Assembly: GCA_965116495.1 (NCBI GenBank)
Contig: OZ220696.1
Location: forward strand, 4,277,125-4,341,124
Reading direction: 5' to 3'
Length of the DNA stretch: 64,000 nt
DNA from: Gammaproteobacteria bacterium
GTDB taxonomy: Bacteria; Pseudomonadota; Gammaproteobacteria; Eutrophobiales; Eutrophobiaceae
Both the position numbers and the translations under genes were made by a program. Below are positions 53,023 through 61,127 of the stretch, one piece after another. Position 1 is the stretch's first letter; the number at the start of each line of letters is the position of its first letter. A model generated the notes under the pieces. That model saw only the letters and a list, made by a program, of their open reading frames with translations. It ran no database searches and was not told where the DNA came from.

Positions 53023-54105
53023 ATGTCCGTGACAAATATCAACGTTGCATCCACGGGTGCGGAAGCCGGCGCCGGTGACTTGCGCAGGATCGGCGCACAT
53101 CCCGATTACTGGTATCCACTGGCGCGCAGCCGGGATGTCAAGCCCGGCAAGACCATAGCCAGGACGTTTGCCGGCGAACCCATCGCCATTATCAGGGCTG
53201 AATCCGGCAGGGTCTTCGCACTGGAAGACCGTTGCGCCCACCGCCAGATACCGTTGTCGAGAGGTAACGTGTGCGGCGAGCAAGTGCAGTGCTGTTACCA
53301 TGGCTGGACCTATGATGCCACCGGTCATTGCGTGGATATTCCTTACGTCGGTAAAAGCGAACTCATGCCGAAAGGGGTGCGCGCGTATCCCTGCCGCGAG
53401 GAGTACGGGCTGATTTTCGTTTTCCCGGGCGAAGCGGACAAGGCAACGGATGCGCTGTTTCCGGACGTGCCCAGTTGGCACGACCCGAAATACAAGACCC
53501 GCTACCTGGATCGGCAGGTGGGCTGCCACTATTCCTTCCTGCATGAAAACCTGATGGATATGAACCACCAGTTCCTGCATCGCCGCATCATGTCCAGGAT
53601 ACGCACGGGGTTCCTGGACCTGCGCCATGGCGACGACTGGGTGGAAGTGGATTACACCTTCTCCCGCGTGGGTAAACAACCCATCGGCGAGAAGGTCATG
53701 CTGGGGAAGAGAGTTGCGCCTACTGAGGGACGGCCCCGTGACCTGATGACCGTCACGACCCGGTATCCCCATCAACGGCTGAAATTCTGGACCGCCGGCA
53801 GTGAGCATCCTGCCCTGGATTTATGGATCACTTACGTGCCCCTGGACAAGCAGCAGCGCAGCAACCACACTTTTGGCCTGATGAACATCCGCAGACCTTC
53901 CGTCACGGGTCTGATGGAATTTTTGTGGCCGTTCATAATCTGGTTTACCGAGGGGATCTTTACGGAGGACAGGTGGATCGTAGAGCTGGAACAGGCCGCA
54001 TTCGACCAGCAGGGAGGCGACTGGAACCAGGAGATATTCCCGGTCATTTTACAACTGAGGAAGATACTATCGCACCAGGGATTGCCGATACCGGTGAATG
54101 TTTGA
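53023..54105 (+). CDS. Rieske non-heme iron oxygenase, alpha subunit
   Basis: CAHR...C.YHGW Rieske motif, ENLMD.NH..LH, ED...E. Confidence 0.9.
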   Translation: MSVTNINVASTGAEAGAGDLRRIGAHPDYWYPLARSRDVKPGKTIARTFAGEPIAIIRAESGRVFALEDRCAHRQIPLSRGNVCGEQVQCCYHGWTYDATGHCVDIPYVGKSELMPKGVRAYPCREEYGLIFVFPGEADKATDALFPDVPSWHDPKYKTRYLDRQVGCHYSFLHENLMDMNHQFLHRRIMSRIRTGFLDLRHGDDWVEVDYTFSRVGKQPIGEKVMLGKRVAPTEGRPRDLMTVTTRYPHQRLKFWTAGSEHPALDLWITYVPLDKQQRSNHTFGLMNIRRPSVTGLMEFLWPFIIWFTEGIFTEDRWIVELEQAAFDQQGGDWNQEIFPVILQLRKILSHQGLPIPVNV

Positions 54106-55267
54106 CTATATCAATGACAGGATCCTGTCCGGCTGCCATTCGATAGCCGACCTGCGCCGCGCCGCAAAGCGCCGCCTGCCGAGAGCCGTGTTCGATTACA
54201 TGGATGGCGCCGCCGAGGACGAGGTTACCCTTTACCGTAACCAGGTGGACTTCGGCCGCTACGAACTGCTTCCGCACTTCCTGGTGGACGTCGAGAACGT
54301 GGATCTGTCCACCAGGGTATTGGGCGCCGATATCGACGTGCCTTTTATCCTGGCGCCGACGGGCATGTCCAGGCTGTTTCATTATACCGGCGAGCGCGCG
54401 GTGGCCAGGGCGGCGCAGAAAGCCGGCACCATGTATTCACTGTCTTCCGTGGCAACCACTTCCATTGAAGATGTCGCCGGGGTCAGTGAGGGGCCGAAAA
54501 TGCTGCAGCTCTACGTCTGGCGCGACCGCGGAATACTGAAGGATTTCATCCGGCGGGCCAGGGCAAGCGGATACACGGCCCTGTGCCTGACAGTGGACCT
54601 GCCCCGGGCCGGCCAGCGCGAACGGGACCTGAAAAATGGGTTTACCGTCCCGCCGCAGATCCGGCTCTCCAATATCCTCGATACCCTGGTACGGCCCGAT
54701 TGGTTGTGGGGCTTTTTGACCCACCCGCGTATGACCCTGGAGAATGTGCGCGATCACGCCATTGCCGCTGAGAACCTGTTCTCCGTCATCGACTATACCA
54801 CCGCACAGTTTGACCCGTCGCTGACCTGGGATGACATGGCCTGGATGATCCGGGAGTGGGGCGGGCCTTTTGCAATCAAGGGGATACTGAGCGTTGAAGA
54901 TGCCAGGCGGGCTGCCGAGACGGGCGTCAGCGCGGTGATCCTATCCAACCACGGCGGCCGCCAACTCGACCATGCGCCTTCTCCCATCAGCGTGTTGCCC
55001 GGGATCGTCGATGCGCTGGGCGACCGGGTGGAGATCATCCTGGATGGGGGAATCCGGCGCGGCACCGACGTGATCAAGGCCCTCAGCCTGGGCGCCAGGG
55101 CAGTGATGATCGGACGGGCCCACCTGTTCGGCCTGGGCGCCGGGGGTGAAGCCGGCGTTGACCGCGCCCTGCAACTGTTGACTGCGGAGATCACACGGAA
55201 CATGATGCTGGTCGGCTGTACGTCCGCAACGGAGTTAAGCGGGAAATACGTACGTGAAATAAGGTAA
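54098..55267 (+). CDS. FMN-dependent alpha-hydroxy acid dehydrogenase/oxidase (LldD-like)
   Basis: FDY.DG.A.DE, APTG, LTVD, IKGI, SNHGGRQLD, DGGIRRG.D..KAL.LGA. Confidence 0.92.
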   Translation: MFDYINDRILSGCHSIADLRRAAKRRLPRAVFDYMDGAAEDEVTLYRNQVDFGRYELLPHFLVDVENVDLSTRVLGADIDVPFILAPTGMSRLFHYTGERAVARAAQKAGTMYSLSSVATTSIEDVAGVSEGPKMLQLYVWRDRGILKDFIRRARASGYTALCLTVDLPRAGQRERDLKNGFTVPPQIRLSNILDTLVRPDWLWGFLTHPRMTLENVRDHAIAAENLFSVIDYTTAQFDPSLTWDDMAWMIREWGGPFAIKGILSVEDARRAAETGVSAVILSNHGGRQLDHAPSPISVLPGIVDALGDRVEIILDGGIRRGTDVIKALSLGARAVMIGRAHLFGLGAGGEAGVDRALQLLTAEITRNMMLVGCTSATELSGKYVREIR

Positions 55268-55278
55268 AGACTTCTGCC

Positions 55279-55509
55279 ATGAAGCGCTGGATAGCTATTG
55301 CGGTGCGCAGGAATATTGCCCTTAATTCGTTGAAGGTCAGCATGGTGGTAGGGACAATCCTGGTGTTGATTAATTACTTTGACCGGCTGTTCTCCGGCGG
55401 ACTGTCAATAATTGATTATTTCAAGATGCTGCTGATGTATTGCGTTCCTTACTGCGTATCGACATATGGTGCGGTCAGCGCCATCGTCATGAAAAACCGT
55501 GAAACCTGA
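55279..55509 (+). CDS. NrtS-like small membrane protein
   Basis: SLKVSMVVGTILVLIN...K.LL.Y.VPYCVSTYG. Confidence 0.7.
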   Translation: MKRWIAIAVRRNIALNSLKVSMVVGTILVLINYFDRLFSGGLSIIDYFKMLLMYCVPYCVSTYGAVSAIVMKNRET

Positions 55510-56083
55510 ACCTGGCCGTTGCCGCTGGTGCCTGGGGGATGAGTTATACCTCAGCTATCACGACGAGGAATGGGGCGTACCGCTGCACGATGACAGCAAG
55601 CTGTTCGAATTCCTGGTGCTGGAAGGCGCGCAGGCGGGGCTGAGCTGGATTACGGTGCTGAAAAAACGTCCGGCCTACCGGCAGGCATTTGACGATTTTG
55701 ATTTCACCAGGGTAGCGGAATATGACGAGGACAAGGTGAGCAGCTTGCTGGAGAACCCCGGTATCATCAGGAATGGACTCAAGATACGCTCGGCAATCCG
55801 GAACGCCCGCGCATTCATCAGGGTCAGGGAGGAATTTGGTACGTTCGACAGCTACATCTGGGATTTCGTCGACGGCAGACCCCTACAGAACGCCTGGCAA
55901 GACGGTTCGCAGATACCGGCGGAAACCCCCCTGTCAAACAAAATCTCCAAAGACCTCAAACGCCGCGGCTTCAACTTCGTCGGCCCCACCATCATCTACG
56001 CCCACATGCAAGCTACCGGCATGGTCAACGACCACACCACGGACTGTTTCCGGTATGCGGAGGTGAAGACGTTGGCGGGGTAA
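55499..56083 (+). CDS. tag: DNA-3-methyladenine glycosylase I
   Basis: RC.W, YHD.EWG.P, LEGAQAGLSW.T.L.KR, GIIRN, F.FVGPT, G.VNDH...C. Confidence 0.95.
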   Translation: MKPEPGRCRWCLGDELYLSYHDEEWGVPLHDDSKLFEFLVLEGAQAGLSWITVLKKRPAYRQAFDDFDFTRVAEYDEDKVSSLLENPGIIRNGLKIRSAIRNARAFIRVREEFGTFDSYIWDFVDGRPLQNAWQDGSQIPAETPLSNKISKDLKRRGFNFVGPTIIYAHMQATGMVNDHTTDCFRYAEVKTLAG

Positions 56084-56147
56084 GGCGGTTGTATCATCAG
56101 GCCATGACCCTGGCCTTCTTGAGTTCAGACCAGGTTCTCGCCCCTGC

Positions 56148-56182
56148 TCTCGCCATGTTGTCTCGCCATGTTGTCTCGCCAT
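56148..56182 (+). repeat. 13-bp tandem repeat TCTCGCCATGTTG, about 2.7 copies
   Basis: Read directly. Confidence 0.8.
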
Positions 56183-56268
56183 TGACTTCCCGTTGTGATC
56201 CTGTTATAATTCGCCCCCTATTTTGGTGCGGGTTTGGGCACTTTTCCCATATATGGGGGGTAACCGGT

Positions 56269-56769
56269 ATGAAGAAGACATTGAGTAAAATCTGGGGAGG
56301 GGGGATAGCGTTTATTGCCCTTTCTGCGATGGTTTTTGTGCAGCCCGTTACGGCGAATGACTGTAGTCTTACAATTGAGGCAGATCCCGTTGAGGTAAAG
56401 GAAGGACACAAGGCCGTATTCAGGATCAAGGTTGAGTGCGCCGCAGGCTTCTGGCAGCCAGGGTCGAAGTTTCGCTACAAGTTCCAAACTCAAGATGATA
56501 GCACGGACCGGGATGACTACAAGTGGAGATCCGGGTCTCACGTTTTTTCCCGAGGTAGCACCTCTACCAGGCGGGTCACCGTTAAGACCTACGATGACGA
56601 TGAGTGCGAAGGTGACGAGGAATTCAAGTTAAACTTTAAACTTGAGGGTAAGGTGAGGGGTAGTTGGCGCGATTGGTCTGGAGGCGCGATTGGGTTGCCC
56701 GGCACGTTCTCTATCAAAGGCGTGATCGAAGATCAAACATCGGGGTGCGGGGGTGCGGGTAGTTCCTGA
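56269..56769 (+). CDS. Secreted single Calx-beta-like domain protein
   Basis: Signal peptide; V.EG..A.F, T.D.S....DY, F..G.T...V.V....DD..EGDE.F.L. Confidence 0.7.
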   Translation: MKKTLSKIWGGGIAFIALSAMVFVQPVTANDCSLTIEADPVEVKEGHKAVFRIKVECAAGFWQPGSKFRYKFQTQDDSTDRDDYKWRSGSHVFSRGSTSTRRVTVKTYDDDECEGDEEFKLNFKLEGKVRGSWRDWSGGAIGLPGTFSIKGVIEDQTSGCGGAGSS

Positions 56770-56819
56770 CCACTGATACCGGCCGGTCTTTGGTCTCCAA
56801 CCGTCAGCGGCAGGTGTGT

Positions 56820-56950
56820 CTATTGCCGATACGGCAAGCGTGTGCGCCAATAGCCAGGGTATCGGGACTGATGCGCTACGGTTGCTCGTACCAAAAGGCG
56901 GCTTCCGCTGCTTCCTCGGCAGCTTTCTCAAGTATCCGTACTCGATGCAT
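56820..56950 (-). pseudogene. RelE/ParE toxin pseudogene (internal deletion and frameshift)
   Basis: Reads MHRVRILEKAAEEAAEAAFWYEQP*; intact copy at 60407-60727. Confidence 0.88.
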
Positions 56951-57189
56951 TATTGGTTGCTGAGCCGTACCTGAAGCCGCTTTCGGAATTCGTCCCGATC
57001 GATATAACCCGCAGTACCGCTCTCAACTTCTGCGAGGCGCCGCAGGATTTCATCGTCCCATTCTTCTGTGGCATTCACGTCAATCGGGGCATCCAGACTG
57101 ATAACCAAGGCATGCGCCAGTTCTGCACGCTCTGCTTCCGGCAGCATCAACGCCCTGGAACGAAGCTGGTTTAATGTTTCAGTACCCAT
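56950..57189 (-). CDS. Addiction module antitoxin (TIGR02574-like)
   Basis: AL.LP..ERAELA..L..SLD......W..EI.RR...V.SG. Confidence 0.85.
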   Translation of the reverse strand: MGTETLNQLRSRALMLPEAERAELAHALVISLDAPIDVNATEEWDDEILRRLAEVESGTAGYIDRDEFRKRLQVRLSNQ

Positions 57190-57316
57190 AATATCCCAAA
57201 AATATCATTCCCCGATATGATAGCCCCATTACTTTTGCCTGACAATCACTTGATCCGGCTTTCCAATTTTCAGAACACCAACCAAATTTTTCCGCCGTAG
57301 AGGGGTGGTGAGTGTC

Positions 57317-57380
57317 AGAGATTTTACAAAAAAATAAGATAAATCTCTGGAGATTTTACAAATTTTCTCGTAAAATCTCC
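57317..57380. promoter_or_regulatory. Two abutting palindromes just upstream of the ATPase start
   Basis: AGAGATTTTAC-N10-GATAAATCTCT and GGAGATTTTAC-N10-GTAAAATCTCC. Confidence 0.65.
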
Positions 57381-57384
57381 CATC

Positions 57385-58677
57385 ATGTACATAGCACGTG
57401 AATTACAAGAGAATTTGTTGCAGTTTTTCAAGCCGGGGGCGGCCTCCGGCTTGATATTGGCCGGTACGGTCGGTTGCGGCAAGACGACGCTTATCAAGTA
57501 TGTCCTGCAGCAACTGGAAAATGACTTCCGGGTGTTTTCCCATACCGGTGACGACGTACAATTTCGTCAGGCCGTAGCGGCGAATACCCGTTACCTGCAT
57601 GAGCAGGTCAGTGGGCAAACCACACGTCCGGCGCTTATTTTTATTGACGAAGTGCAAAAGTCGGAGCTTATCTTCGATGCGGTAAAATACGCGTTCGACC
57701 ATACCCCTGCATCCTTCATTATCTCCGGTTCCAATCCTGCCTTTTTGCAAACGGAAGCCAGAAAGAGGTTGCAGCGCCGGGCTGACCTCTGGCAGTTGGC
57801 GCCGTTCTCTCTTGGGGAGATCCTTTGTCATGAAAAACTGGTGAAGCCTGAATGGGTGCGGCAGTTCCGGGATGTGTTGTTCAACTGGCAGAACGGACAG
57901 GACGTGGCATTCCCCCCGGATCTCAATGAAGGTATCAAGCAGGTCATCGCCCGCTACCTGTGTTACGGCGGCTTCCCCCTGGTGCACCTGGCGCAGAATA
58001 ATGACGACAGGCTGGTGGAAATACGCAAAATTGTCGAGCGCGGTTTCGAACTTACGTCTGTCGATAATGAAGCCACGGCAGATACGGTTAAACTGGAACT
58101 GGCCCGGCTGGACTCCAGGGAATTTGCCTACCAGGGAGTTTTCCAGAGAACCGGCTTAAGGAGACGGGACCGGATTAACAAGGTTATTGACGCCCTTGTC
58201 AACCACGGATACCTGCTCAAAAAGAAACCGCTTCTTATCGGTGAGGACCGTCGCTCTTACCTCAACAATTTTTCCTATATCGACCCGGGCATCGTCACTT
58301 ATTTAACCGGTGAGGAACTGCTTGAAGGCGATGCGGAAAGAGGTTTTCGCGTGGAGGGGTACCTGCACAACAGACTCAGGCAGATTTTGCAGTTAAAAGC
58401 CCTGAAAACCCAGGTTAACTACTACAAGCCCTTCACCATTGACGCCAATGACAAGGTGAAATACCGCGCCGGAGAAATTGATTTCGTAGTAAGCATGGGT
58501 AAGCGGATGATCCCCCTGGAGGCAAAGGCCGGTCTCGACCGAAGCCAGATTGATACCTCATTGCTTGTTGATTTCATCGGGAGGCACGGTGCTGCCTTCG
58601 GCATTGTTGCTTATGGCGGATTGCCTTACTGGGATAAGAGAAACAGGGTTTTGTATTGGCCCTACTGGTTGATATGA
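57385..58677 (+). CDS. AAA_14/DUF4143 family ATPase
   Basis: GTVGCGKT, IFIDEVQ, SGSN, YGGFP, IDPG, EIDFV....IPLEAK. Confidence 0.85.
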   Translation: MYIARELQENLLQFFKPGAASGLILAGTVGCGKTTLIKYVLQQLENDFRVFSHTGDDVQFRQAVAANTRYLHEQVSGQTTRPALIFIDEVQKSELIFDAVKYAFDHTPASFIISGSNPAFLQTEARKRLQRRADLWQLAPFSLGEILCHEKLVKPEWVRQFRDVLFNWQNGQDVAFPPDLNEGIKQVIARYLCYGGFPLVHLAQNNDDRLVEIRKIVERGFELTSVDNEATADTVKLELARLDSREFAYQGVFQRTGLRRRDRINKVIDALVNHGYLLKKKPLLIGEDRRSYLNNFSYIDPGIVTYLTGEELLEGDAERGFRVEGYLHNRLRQILQLKALKTQVNYYKPFTIDANDKVKYRAGEIDFVVSMGKRMIPLEAKAGLDRSQIDTSLLVDFIGRHGAAFGIVAYGGLPYWDKRNRVLYWPYWLI

Positions 58678-58842
58678 CAGCCTGGCGAGACGGAGCCGCA
58701 GTTCTGCAGCGTGCGTTTCCTTGAGTTGGACCGGGAGGCGCTGGCTGGGATGGCGGGGCGAGAAATAAATCTGGAGGTGAAACCTGGAGGGCGGTGCTCC
58801 CCACGTCATCCGGCCTTTTACGGGCCACCCTTGAAATAAGAC

Positions 58843-58939
58843 TTGACATGGAAATAAAGCGGGGAGTAGCCTGATAGACAGTATCTAACCCCCCCCGGGA
58901 TCATGCCGTTGGTGCGGCTCCCCGGGGGTATTTTATTTG
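58843..58939 (+). promoter_or_regulatory. Promoter plus GC-rich hairpin/U-tract leader upstream of the NYN gene
   Basis: TTGACA-N18-TAGCCT; CCCCCGGGA-TCAT-GCCG..CGGC-TCCCCGGGGG followed by TATTTTATTT. Confidence 0.55.
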
Positions 58940-58946
58940 TATAACT

Positions 58947-59603
58947 ATGATCAGGGACGATAACCAACAAGAAAGGGCTGTTTTCTTCATAGACGGAAAC
59001 AACTGGTACCACGCCGCCAGGAAAATCCGGATAAATTCTTCCACGCTGGATTACCCAAGGTTTGCCCAAAAACTTTCCCTGGGTATCCGGGATGTCCATG
59101 AAATCAGGTATTACGTCGGCAAAGTAAAAGGAAATCTGACCCTTGCCAGAAACCAGGAACGGTTTTTAGCTACGATCAAAAAACAGGGAGTGAAAGTTAT
59201 TCTGGGGCGGGTGGAAAGAAAGCAGGAGCGGCATAGCGCCAACCAGATCCGAAAAGGACTTGAAAATATCCTGTCGTCCTACGGCGACAGAATAAAACCA
59301 CCGGCTGTTTTAAGCAGGCTTACTGAACTGGCGCGCCGGGATACATATTCTTATACGGAAAAAAGGGTGGATGTAAACATAGCGATTGATATGGTATCAA
59401 TGGCGATGAAAAATGAGTTCGACGTGGCCTACCTTATATCCGCAGACGGGGATTTTGTTCCGGCGGTTGAGGCAGTCAGAGAGCTGGGCAAGAAGGTATT
59501 TACCGCCACACCTGCCAGTGGTTACGAGTTAAAACAAGCCGCCAACAGGTTTATTCTCCTTAAACCGGAATGGTTTTCAAAGGATATCTTTCTCGGTTCC
59601 TGA
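58947..59603 (+). CDS. NYN domain (LabA/DUF88, PIN-like) protein
   Basis: FIDGNN.YH, EKRVDV.IA.D, LIS.DGDFVP......G..V, L...A..F. Confidence 0.9.
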   Translation: MIRDDNQQERAVFFIDGNNWYHAARKIRINSSTLDYPRFAQKLSLGIRDVHEIRYYVGKVKGNLTLARNQERFLATIKKQGVKVILGRVERKQERHSANQIRKGLENILSSYGDRIKPPAVLSRLTELARRDTYSYTEKRVDVNIAIDMVSMAMKNEFDVAYLISADGDFVPAVEAVRELGKKVFTATPASGYELKQAANRFILLKPEWFSKDIFLGS

Positions 59604-59619
59604 CATAAATTCAGGTTAT

Positions 59620-59860
59620 TGATAAGGTGAAATACCGCGCCGGAGAAATCGATTGCGTGGTAAGCATGGGTAAACGGATGATCCCCCTGGAGGCCAAGGC
59701 CGGCCTCGACCGGAGCCAGGTTGATATCTCATTGTTTGTTGATTTCATCGGGAGGCGCGGCGCTGCCTTCGGCATTGTTGCTTATGGCGGATTGCCTTAC
59801 TGGGATAAGAGAAACAGGGTTTTGTATTGGCCCTACTGGTTGATATGACAGCCTGGCGAG
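59620..59860 (+). pseudogene. Duplicated 3' end of the 57385-58677 ATPase gene
   Basis: About 241-bp diverged direct repeat of 58449-58689. Confidence 0.9.
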
Positions 59861-59935
59861 TATAAGTAAATAGAAGTAATGTAAAATGGGAAGGAGCTGA
59901 TGAAATGACAGGGATTGTGTTGGATTCCTGGTTCA

Positions 59936-60010
59936 TTGCCAAGCTTGAAATACTGGGATTTTTTGAAAATTCTTCAGGCCAATGGATTTGCAGAGATTCG
60001 TCAAAAGTAA
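59936..60010 (+). pseudogene. HicA-like toxin remnant
   Basis: LPSLKYWDFLKILQANGFAEIRQK* stops where the GSH motif is expected. Confidence 0.55.
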
Positions 60011-60113
60011 TCGGGATATTTGTTACTAACAGGGGTGTTTCCAGGGGTTTGGGATTTGGTTGATACTTGGATTTTACTCCTGTACTACGCCGCAGAGTAT
60101 TATGGAGATGAGT

Positions 60114-60344
60114 ATGGAACAGATTGCCAACATTCATATCAAGAAACTCCCGGAGGATGTTTACCTTGCTACCAGTGAGGACATTCCGGGTCTGGTTGCC
60201 CAAGGACGTACTATTACTGAGACCCTGGAAATTGCACGCGATGTGGGAAAGAAGCTGTTAGAAGCCAAATCCGAACGCCACCAACAACTGAATCTGAATT
60301 CGGTGAAAGATTCATTTGATTATCCGCTGATACTGGGCACCTGA
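60114..60344 (+). CDS. HicB/DUF1902-like antitoxin
   Basis: YLATS.D.PGLVAQG.T..E.LEIARDV. Confidence 0.82.
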   Translation: MEQIANIHIKKLPEDVYLATSEDIPGLVAQGRTITETLEIARDVGKKLLEAKSERHQQLNLNSVKDSFDYPLILGT

Positions 60345-60395
60345 TGGGGCGATTGTCGGAATTTAAATACCGGCAGATAATCAAGAAGCTTAAGC
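60344..60395 (+). pseudogene. HicA-like toxin N-terminus, truncated by direct repeat 1b
   Basis: TGATG-coupled MGRLSEFKYRQIIKKLK, then runs into the repeat at 60393. Confidence 0.65.
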
Positions 60396-60406
60396 GGCAG
60401 GTGTGT

Positions 60407-60727
60407 CTATTGCCGATACGGCAAGCGTGTGCGCCAATAGCCAGGGTATCGGGATTGATGCGCTACGGCGACAACTATTATTTCTCTCGGAGATTCTCTA
60501 ACTACGATATCGTATGGGAAACGCTTGAGAATTAGTCTTTTAGCTCCCTGCACACCTGCTTTACCGGGCATCTTTGTAAGAGGAATGATTTCGCCTTCTA
60601 GCAGGTCAAAAGCGGCGTTTATTGCAAGACTGAATTCCAGACCCAGACCTGGGCGTTGTTGCTCGTACCAAAAGGCGGCTTCCGCTGCTTCCTCGGCAGC
60701 TTTCTCAAGTATCCGTACTCGACGCAT
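60407..60727 (-). CDS. RelE/ParE family toxin
   Basis: A..E..EA..WYE....GLG..F, RFPY.IV.......V.AVAH..R.PGYW..R. Confidence 0.88.
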   Translation of the reverse strand: MRRVRILEKAAEEAAEAAFWYEQQRPGLGLEFSLAINAAFDLLEGEIIPLTKMPGKAGVQGAKRLILKRFPYDIVVRESPREIIVVAVAHQSRYPGYWRTRLPYRQ

Positions 60728-60966
60728 TATTGGTTGCTGAGCCGTACCTGAAGTCGCTTTCGGAATTCGTCCCGATCGATATAACCCGCAGTACCGCTCT
60801 CAACTTCTGCGAGGCGCCGCAGGATTTCATCGTCCCATTCTTCTGTGGCATTCACGTCAATCGGGGCATCCAGACTGATAACCAAGGCATGCGCCAGTTC
60901 TGCACGCTCTGCTTCCGGCAGCATCAACGCCCTGGAACGAAGCTGGTTTAATGTTTCAGTGCCCAT
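60727..60966 (-). CDS. Addiction module antitoxin, same protein sequence as 56950-57189
   Basis: Identical translation in the ORF track. Confidence 0.85.
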   Translation of the reverse strand: MGTETLNQLRSRALMLPEAERAELAHALVISLDAPIDVNATEEWDDEILRRLAEVESGTAGYIDRDEFRKRLQVRLSNQ

Positions 60967-61127
60967 AATATCCCAAAAATATCATTCCCCGATATGATAG
61001 CCCCATTACTTTTGCCTGACAATCACTTGATCCGGCTTCCGCGCTGTTGACAACATCCGCGCTGTTGTTCATGCCTCTATCCATCCGCGCCTCTATCCAG
61101 TTTTTAGAACCTCATTTTCCCCACAAA

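Larger units (their letters stand above)
56806..57261. repeat. Direct repeat 1a (TA module copy with a 190-bp deletion)
   Basis: Near-identical to 60393-61038 apart from the segment 60469-60658. Confidence 0.92.
60393..61038. repeat. Direct repeat 1b (intact TA module)
   Basis: Partner of 56806-57261. Confidence 0.92.

Noticed and set aside
59627-59848. 73-aa ORF as an independent protein
   Set aside because: It is only the duplicated C-terminus of the upstream ATPase.
60344-60535. 63-aa ORF as a complete gene
   Set aside because: Chimera of a HicA-like N-terminus and antisense ParE sequence.
61038-61100. Short duplicated words (TCCGCGCTGTTG, GCCTCTATCCA) at the repeat boundary
   Set aside because: Too short to interpret; probably recombination or slippage scars.
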